Translations under genes and position numbers: made by a program | Notes under the pieces: model-generated | Told to the model about the DNA's origin: nothing | Database searches by the model: none | What the model saw: the letters and a program-made list of their open reading frames with translations, nothing else | Assembly (NCBI GenBank): GCA_937982655.1 | Contig: CALJLK010000352.1 | Span: forward strand, 1 to 60,976 | From: an uncultured Sandaracinus sp. | Lineage (GTDB): Bacteria; Myxococcota_A; Polyangia; Polyangiales; Houyiibacteriaceae | Reading direction: 5' to 3' | Length of the DNA stretch: 60,976 nucleotides | In this document: positions 54,946 through 60,976 of the stretch, in pieces | Layout of the letters: each line of letters opens with the position of its first letter | How positions within the stretch are numbered: position 1 is the stretch's first letter

Positions 54946-55389
54946 TCAGCGGTTCGAGCCGTAGAGCGCGAGCGCGACGCCCGCCACGCACACCACCGCG
55001 CCCGTCGCGCGCAGCGCGTTGACGGGGATGCCCTCGACGAGCGCGTCCCACGCGAGGCTCGCGACCATCTGCGCGGCCACCGCGACCACGAAGACCTGCA
55101 GCGCTCCGACCCGCGCGATCGCCCACGGGAGCCCCGTGATCAGCGCGAAGCCGAGCACGCCCGGCACGAGCCACCACCACGCGAGCTTCGCGTCGCTCGA
55201 CACCATGCCCGGCACCCAACCGCGGCGCGCAGCGAAGTAGAACGCGCCCGCGCAGACCGCGACGATCGCGCCGTTCAGCAGCACCGCAGGCGCGAGCCCG
55301 ATCTGACCCGCGATGCGCCGGTTCAGGCTCGCCTGCACGACGGCGACACAGCCGAGCGCGAACGCGACGAGAGCGGCGGGGTGGAACAT
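54946..55389 (-). CDS. DMT-superfamily small membrane transporter (DUF606 / transporter family-2)
   Basis: 147 aa with about 5 TM helices. The N-terminal SLNRRIAGQIG and overall size fit DUF606. Confidence 0.75.
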   Translation of the reverse strand: MFHPAALVAFALGCVAVVQASLNRRIAGQIGLAPAVLLNGAIVAVCAGAFYFAARRGWVPGMVSSDAKLAWWWLVPGVLGFALITGLPWAIARVGALQVFVVAVAAQMVASLAWDALVEGIPVNALRATGAVVCVAGVALALYGSNR

Positions 55390-55423
55390 CGGCGGCTCGG
55401 CGTGACGCGCGCGCGCGGTGGGG

Positions 55424-55819
55424 TCAAGCGCGCGCGGGCGGCAGATAACGAACCGCGCGCTGCGGCACCGGCGGTGGCGTGCCGACGAGCTTCTCGGCGA
55501 GCACGAGGCGCGTGCCGAGATCGATGTTCGTGAAGCGAAGCCCGAGCGCGTAACCTGGATCGCCCTCGCGCCAGCCTTCGATCACCCGCGCGACCTCGGC
55601 CTCCGCATCGAACCAGGTGTCGAGGTCGTCGCCGAGCTGGAACGTCACGATCACGGCGTCGCCGACCTGCGCCGCGTCGTTCGCGGCCAGCATCATCCCG
55701 TGCGGCGAGACGTCGAGCACCCGCTCTCCGAGGCGGCGAAACCCGTCGAGCGCGACCGCCTCGCAGCGACCACGGAGCGCACGACGAAGGACACGGCGAC
55801 GGGTGAGGTAACGACGCAT
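55424..55819 (-). CDS. PilZ domain protein (c-di-GMP receptor type)
   Basis: The RxxxR motif (RRRVLRR) is followed by D-x-S-x-x-G (LDVSPHGM). Confidence 0.75.
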   Translation of the reverse strand: MRRYLTRRRVLRRALRGRCEAVALDGFRRLGERVLDVSPHGMMLAANDAAQVGDAVIVTFQLGDDLDTWFDAEAEVARVIEGWREGDPGYALGLRFTNIDLGTRLVLAEKLVGTPPPVPQRAVRYLPPARA

Positions 55820-56006
55820 TTCGAGACTCCTATCCGCTGGCTCGCCACACGACTCGGGTGCCCGACTCGGGTGGGTCGATGTAGGACACGAACGTACTCG
55901 GGCGGATCCGATGTCCCAAGAAAGCGGCGCATCGCGACGGGAGGACCGCCGTGAGCCGTGAGGTCGACCGCTTGGAGGCGCGGGTTGGATCGGTCACGTT
56001 GCTCGG

Positions 56007-58091
56007 GTGGTGCGTCTTCTCTTTCTCGTTTCGTTCTTCGCGTTCGCGTGTGGTCCCCGCACCGAGCCGACCCCTCGACCGCTCGATCCCTTCGACGCTG
56101 GCCCCCCTCGCCCCGTCGACGCCGGACCTCGCCGCGACGTGATGGAAGTCGACGCCGCGATCTGCGGTGGCGACTGCGACGACGGCGTGTTCTGCAACGG
56201 CCCCGAGATCTGCACGCTCGAAGGCTGCGTCTCGACGGGTGTGGTCTGCGACGACGGCGATCCGTGCACCGAAGACCGCTGCGTCGAGCGCGGCGCACGC
56301 TGCGAGCACGTGATGGTCGACGTCGACCGCGACGGCGACGGAGTGACGACGTGTCGGGGCGACTGCGACGACGCGAACCCCTCCGTGTTCCCCGGCGCGA
56401 TGGAAGTCTGCGACGGCCTCGATCAGGACTGCGACGGCAGCAGCGACGAGGGTGTGCTCAGCGAGTGCGGTGACTGTCGCCCGTGTCAGATCGTGACGCT
56501 CCCCGACGAGGTCGGGATGAGCTGGGACGACGTCGCGGAGGAGCGCGCGGGCGTAATCGTGAACCCCGACGGAACGCTGCAGCTCGGCGCGGAGAGCACG
56601 GAGACGACCTTCGGTTGGATCGCGAACACGCGCTACGGGACGATCACGAAGCTCGATCTGCGCACCGGTCGACAGACGGGCGAGTACGACAGCGTCCGCA
56701 ACGACGGCACCAACAACGCGCCGCCCGCGAACGAGGAATGCAACGACGACGGCACGGCCGGGAACTGCCCCTCGCGCACCGCCGTCGATCTGCGCGGCGC
56801 GGTCTACGTCGCGAACCGCGCGTTCGGCGGTCAGGGCACCGTCACGAAGATCGCGGGTCGCGAAGAAGACTGCGTCGACCGCAACCGCAACGGGCGCATC
56901 GACACGAGCCGCGATCTGAACGCGAACGGGATCATCGATCGTTCGGGCGGCGAGTACGTCGGCCAAGACGACGAGTGCATCCTCTGGACGGTCGACGTCG
57001 GGAGCATCGAAGGCATCCCGCGCGCGATCGCGATCGACGCGCGGGGCGACGTCTGGGTCGGACTCTTCGGCGAGCAGCGCATCGTGCGACTCCGCGCGAG
57101 CGACGGTCGCGTCACACGGAATCTCTCCACGTTCCGCGAGGAGTTCCGTCCCTACGGCGCCGCGATCGGAAGCGACGGAATCCTCTGGATGACCGAGGCC
57201 TTCAGTGGTCGAATCTTCGGCATCGACACCGTGACGGGCGCCGCGGTACGCGACACGCGCGTCGTCAGCTCCGCGACCGGCTGCAACGGCAGCTACGGCA
57301 TCGCGGTCGACCCGCGCAATCGCGTTTGGATCGCGGGCATCAATTGCACGAGCGTGTTCCGCTTCGATCACGCCACCAACGAGTGGTTCGAGGTCGAGCT
57401 GCCCGACAGCGGCGCGACCCGCGGCATCGCGGCCGACGATCGCGGCTTCATCTACGTCGGCGCGTCGAACACGTACATCCGTCTGCGCGTCACCGGACTC
57501 GACGCGGGCCCCGCGATCGCGCGGCTCACGCGTTTCCGCGCGGACGACGGCGGCGACATCCGGATCTACGGGACGGAAGCTGCGCCCTTGCCCGGCCTCG
57601 GGTCGGTGGGAGTCGGCCTCGACTCGCAGCGGAACGTCTGGATGATCAACCAGGTCAGCAGCACCGCGACGCGCGTGAACCCCGAGACGGGCGAGGCGCG
57701 CGAGTTCCCTGTCGGCGACAGCCCGTACACCTACAGCGACTTCACGGGCTTCGCGCTCCGCACCTTCACGGTGCCGAACGGGTTCGTGCGCACGGTGATC
57801 GAAGGCTGCGCGAGCGGGCCGACGGAGTGGGAGGAGCTGAGCTTCGACGCGACGGTCCCCGCGGCGACGCGGGTCGAGATTCGTCTGCGCAGCGCCGACA
57901 CCCGCCTCGGCCTCGCGGACGCGGCGTGGCTCGGCCCGTTCACGCGTTCCCCCGCCGACCTGACGATGGCGCCCGGCCCGATCCCGCCGCGGCGCTTCCT
58001 CGAGGTCGAAGCCACGCTGATCAGCGAGGACGAATCGCGCTCCCCGCGCCTCGACACCGTGAGCGTGCAGCTCAACTGCCCCGCGGGGTGA
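56007..58091 (+). CDS. Secreted lipoprotein: MopE-type Cys-rich metal-binding repeats + beta-propeller (NHL/Vgb-like) + C-terminal beta domain
   Basis: Lipobox FFAFAC. The Cys-rich motif is RGDCDDANPSVFPGAMEVCDGLDQDCDGSSDE. Repeated propeller-like blades are present (RGAVYVAN, RGDVWVG, DGILWMT, RNRVWIAG, RGFIYVG, RNVWMIN). Confidence 0.85.
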   Translation: MVRLLFLVSFFAFACGPRTEPTPRPLDPFDAGPPRPVDAGPRRDVMEVDAAICGGDCDDGVFCNGPEICTLEGCVSTGVVCDDGDPCTEDRCVERGARCEHVMVDVDRDGDGVTTCRGDCDDANPSVFPGAMEVCDGLDQDCDGSSDEGVLSECGDCRPCQIVTLPDEVGMSWDDVAEERAGVIVNPDGTLQLGAESTETTFGWIANTRYGTITKLDLRTGRQTGEYDSVRNDGTNNAPPANEECNDDGTAGNCPSRTAVDLRGAVYVANRAFGGQGTVTKIAGREEDCVDRNRNGRIDTSRDLNANGIIDRSGGEYVGQDDECILWTVDVGSIEGIPRAIAIDARGDVWVGLFGEQRIVRLRASDGRVTRNLSTFREEFRPYGAAIGSDGILWMTEAFSGRIFGIDTVTGAAVRDTRVVSSATGCNGSYGIAVDPRNRVWIAGINCTSVFRFDHATNEWFEVELPDSGATRGIAADDRGFIYVGASNTYIRLRVTGLDAGPAIARLTRFRADDGGDIRIYGTEAAPLPGLGSVGVGLDSQRNVWMINQVSSTATRVNPETGEAREFPVGDSPYTYSDFTGFALRTFTVPNGFVRTVIEGCASGPTEWEELSFDATVPAATRVEIRLRSADTRLGLADAAWLGPFTRSPADLTMAPGPIPPRRFLEVEATLISEDESRSPRLDTVSVQLNCPAG

Positions 58092-58194
58092 GGGACGCGG
58101 CGTCGATCCCGCGCGGAGGACCGGGCGGAAAGTGACCGCCACGCACCGGAGCGAGACCGTGATCCCGTGGTAGAAACGCCCGCGGAGGTGGCCC

Positions 58195-58725
58195 TTGCTC
58201 GACTGGTTGCTCAAGCTCATCGGCGGAAAAGACGAGATCGACATCGCGGAAGATCGGATGAAAGAAGACGCGAAGGATCCGCTTCACGCTCGTGTCCACG
58301 GTCTCCTGCTCATCAGCGAGCCCGCCGATCCGGGCCATCGCCCAGACTTCGCGAACCAAGCCGTACGTGAGTGGTACGGGTGCGCGGACCGCGCGGCCGT
58401 GCTGCAGAAGATCGAGATGTTCGCCGCGAGCGCCGAGGGCTACGACGTGTTCCGCGCGACGTTCCTCGCGCGAGCGGCGGCCGGTGCGGGGCTGCTCTCC
58501 CCGGAGGAGAGCTGGTCGCTCTGCCAACGCACCCTCGCGACCGCTCAGCGCAACTTCGCGACCTGGCAGGACTACGGTGACGCGTACATTCGTGGTCACC
58601 TCTGGTACCGCCGCACGCAAGGCGACGACGAAGCCACGCTGGCCGGATACGAGCAGAACCTGCGCAAGACGATGATGGAGCTCCAGACCAAGGGGGTATG
58701 GAGCCGGGTGACTCTGTTGGGTTGA
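58195..58725 (+). CDS. DUF1266-like protein
   Basis: The TTG start has GGAGG 8-12 nt upstream. The pattern YDVFRATFLARAAAGAGLLSPEESW...FATWQDYGDAYIRGHLWY matches the DUF1266 consensus as I recall it. Confidence 0.6.
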   Translation: MLDWLLKLIGGKDEIDIAEDRMKEDAKDPLHARVHGLLLISEPADPGHRPDFANQAVREWYGCADRAAVLQKIEMFAASAEGYDVFRATFLARAAAGAGLLSPEESWSLCQRTLATAQRNFATWQDYGDAYIRGHLWYRRTQGDDEATLAGYEQNLRKTMMELQTKGVWSRVTLLG

Positions 58726-58779
58726 GCCGTCGGGGTCGAGCCCGCGTGCGGTCGAACGACACCGCGCTTTCGCAGAGCG

Positions 58780-60976
58780 TCACTCCGTCATGTCGAACGT
58801 GAGCGTGCCGCCCTCCGCGAGCGCTTCGTGCCCGATCCAATGGGCGTCGAAGGGCGCGTCGTTCCAGCGCACCTCGCTCACGCGCCACGCGCGGTCGCTG
58901 CTCTGTGGGGCGTCGATCACGAGGGTGCCGCCGCTCGGGAGATCGACCTCCGCGCGCGTGACGAGCGGGGCGGCGACCACGTACTCGTCCTTGGCGGTGA
59001 TCGGGTACACGCCGAGCGCCGCGAAGACGTACCACGCACTCAGCGTGCCCGCGTCGTCGTTGCCCGGGAGGCCCGCCGGCGTCTCGTCGTAGTAGGTGCG
59101 CGCGACCCACCGCGACCAGCGCCACGTGCCTTCCGGAGCGCCGACCGCGGCGAACGCGAAGGGCGCGTGGATGTCGGGCTCGTTGCCGTGCCAGTACCAG
59201 CGGTTGGGAAAGAGCACGGAGGTGTCGCGAGTGGATTCCGAGAAGAAGCGCTCGAGACGCTCGAGGTAGATCTCCTGTCCACCCATCACCTCGGCGAGGC
59301 CGTCGAGGTCGTGCGGCACGAAGAAGAGGTACTGCCAGGAGTTGCCCTCCGCGTAGTAGTCCTCCCATTGGTTCTCTCGTGTGGAAGCGAAGCGACCGTC
59401 GACGTAGCGTCCGACAAGGAACTCGCTCTCGGGATCCCAGAGGTTTCGCCAATGATCGGCGCGCGCGTCGTAGGTCGCGGCCAACGTCTCGTCGCCCACG
59501 TGCTCGGCGAGCCGCGCCATCGCGAAGTCGGCATACGCGAGCTCGAGGGTCCAGCTCGCGCTGCTGCCCGCTTCTTCGATGCCCACCCAGCCTCGCTCGA
59601 TGAAGGACGCGATCCCTGCGCGACCGCCGAACGGAGCTCCCTCGGGCGTCGGGGCGTCCGCGGTGATGCGCGCGAGGCGGAGCGCCTCGTCCCAGTCGAT
59701 GCCTTCGACGCCCTTCACCGCCGCGTCCGCGAGCTGCAGCGCCGCGCCGTCTCCCACCATGCCGCCCGTGTAGTTCGTCCCGAGCGGCCAGCGCGGGAGG
59801 TAGCCGCCGTCGATCGTCATCTGCATCAACGACAGGACCATGTCGCGCTGCAGATCCGGATAGAGCCACGAGAGAAGCGGGATCTGAGTGCGGTACGTGT
59901 CCCAGAGCGAGTGATCGGTCGAGTAGCGGAACGACGGCACGTCCTCTTCCGTCAGCGGGACTTGGTGCACGTCGTGATCGAGGCCGCGGTAACGACCGTC
60001 GACGTCCATGGCGAGCGTCGGCATGAGCAACGAGCGGTAGAGCGACGAGTAGAAGATCCGCAGCTCCTCGTCGCTGCGCGCCGAAACACGCACGCGCGAG
60101 AGATGCGCTTCCCAACGCGCCACCGTCGCGGCGCGGACGTCGTCGAAGGGGGCGAGCTGCGCGTCGAGGTTGGCGCGCGCTCCCGCGAGATCGGTGAAGG
60201 AGAGGCCGACCGCGACCTCGACGGTGGTGTCGCTCGGGTCGAAGCGCGCCCACGCGCCCGCCGTGTTTCCCTCGCGCGTGGTCTCGCCCTCCGCGAGCGT
60301 TCCGTCGACGAAGACACCGTGCGCGGCGAAGTCGCGATCGAAGCGCGCGACGAAGTACACGCGCACGCCTCCACGACGTCGCGCGTAGCCGCCGCCGCCG
60401 AGCACCGAGCCCCAGACCTCGCGCGCCTCCGGATCGACGTGCACGTCGGCTTCGAGGATCTCCACGTCGCCGAGGTGGTGGCCGAGGTCGACGATCACGG
60501 TGGGGTCGGTCTCGCTCGGGAAGGTGTAGCGGTGGAACGCGACGTGGTCGCTCGCGGTGAGCTCGACTCGGACGTCGTCGTCGAGGGTGACGGCGTAGTA
60601 GCCGACCTCGGAGGTCTCGTCGTCGTGCGAGAAGGCCCGCCGGTAGCCGGCGTCGTTCGTCTTCGCGGCGCTCATTCCGTCGGTCGGCATCAGCGCGATG
60701 AAGCCGTACTCCGCGATGCCCATGCCGTGCGCGCGCACTTGGCTGAAGCCGTCGATGAGCGAGTCCTCGTAGTAGTAGCCGGCGCAATGATTGAAACCGG
60801 GTGCGCCGTCGGGCTCGGTGGTGTCGGGCGCGGGGCGCGCGAAACCGAACGGCGTCTGCGGCGCCGGGGAGACGCTGCCGACTCCGAAGCCGAGGCCGCC
60901 GGTACCGATGAGCGGATCGACCCATTGCACGAAGGGCGCGGTCGCCGGTCGGCTCGGTCCGGGCTCGGGTCCCGCG
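58780..60976 (-). CDS. GH92 family alpha-mannosidase (5' end probably outside the window)
   Basis: VDPLIGTGG near the N-terminus, NRWYWHGNEPDIH, and overall size are typical of GH92. The frame remains open from GTG 60930 to the window end and no signal peptide is visible, so the gene is likely partial. Confidence 0.85.
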   Translation of the reverse strand, partial: AGPEPGPSRPATAPFVQWVDPLIGTGGLGFGVGSVSPAPQTPFGFARPAPDTTEPDGAPGFNHCAGYYYEDSLIDGFSQVRAHGMGIAEYGFIALMPTDGMSAAKTNDAGYRRAFSHDDETSEVGYYAVTLDDDVRVELTASDHVAFHRYTFPSETDPTVIVDLGHHLGDVEILEADVHVDPEAREVWGSVLGGGGYARRRGGVRVYFVARFDRDFAAHGVFVDGTLAEGETTREGNTAGAWARFDPSDTTVEVAVGLSFTDLAGARANLDAQLAPFDDVRAATVARWEAHLSRVRVSARSDEELRIFYSSLYRSLLMPTLAMDVDGRYRGLDHDVHQVPLTEEDVPSFRYSTDHSLWDTYRTQIPLLSWLYPDLQRDMVLSLMQMTIDGGYLPRWPLGTNYTGGMVGDGAALQLADAAVKGVEGIDWDEALRLARITADAPTPEGAPFGGRAGIASFIERGWVGIEEAGSSASWTLELAYADFAMARLAEHVGDETLAATYDARADHWRNLWDPESEFLVGRYVDGRFASTRENQWEDYYAEGNSWQYLFFVPHDLDGLAEVMGGQEIYLERLERFFSESTRDTSVLFPNRWYWHGNEPDIHAPFAFAAVGAPEGTWRWSRWVARTYYDETPAGLPGNDDAGTLSAWYVFAALGVYPITAKDEYVVAAPLVTRAEVDLPSGGTLVIDAPQSSDRAWRVSEVRWNDAPFDAHWIGHEALAEGGTLTFDMTE

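Overview
This is a very GC-rich chromosomal window; third codon positions are almost always G or C, so every region carries long Arg/Ala-rich artefact ORFs in the wrong frames. I kept only ORFs with normal amino-acid composition and recognisable motifs, about 45 protein genes, and moved several starts to internal ATG/GTG/TTG codons that have a Shine-Dalgarno sequence or signal peptide. The gene content (MYXO-CTERM tail, PEGA domains, eukaryote-like Ser/Thr kinase, MopE-type Cys-rich repeats, many lipoproteins) points to a myxobacterium; this is inference. I found no rRNA, tRNA, CRISPR array, transposase, integrase or phage genes. Recognisable genes include an rtcR / rtcB RNA-repair locus split by a BNR-repeat lipoprotein gene, a translationally overlapped transglutaminase-DUF2126 (putative amidoligase) pair, and a two-domain PPK2 next to a TLC-type nucleotide-transporter/HEAT/cNMP-binding fusion. 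Others are cls, infA, nagZ, pcnB, an ABC-F ATPase, an Upf1-like helicase, a partial GH92 gene and several VOC, PilZ and DMT housekeeping-type genes. The most unusual signal is in the repeats, not the proteins. (1) A perfect 22-nt palindrome (GTCGGCGG-GGTCAG-CCGCCGAC; 33 bp, i.e. 11 codons, with its tail) occurs as a tandem array, inverted in a 5' leader, and in frame inside two genes including rtcB. This resembles the behaviour of Rickettsia palindromic elements. (2) A family of iteron-like tandem arrays built on a GGATCCTTC core occurs at three loci. (3) Nearly every intergenic spacer has its own private tandem repeat, including a 54-bp triplication that copies the 3' ends of two convergent genes. 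All family assignments rest on motif recognition by eye; no searches were run.
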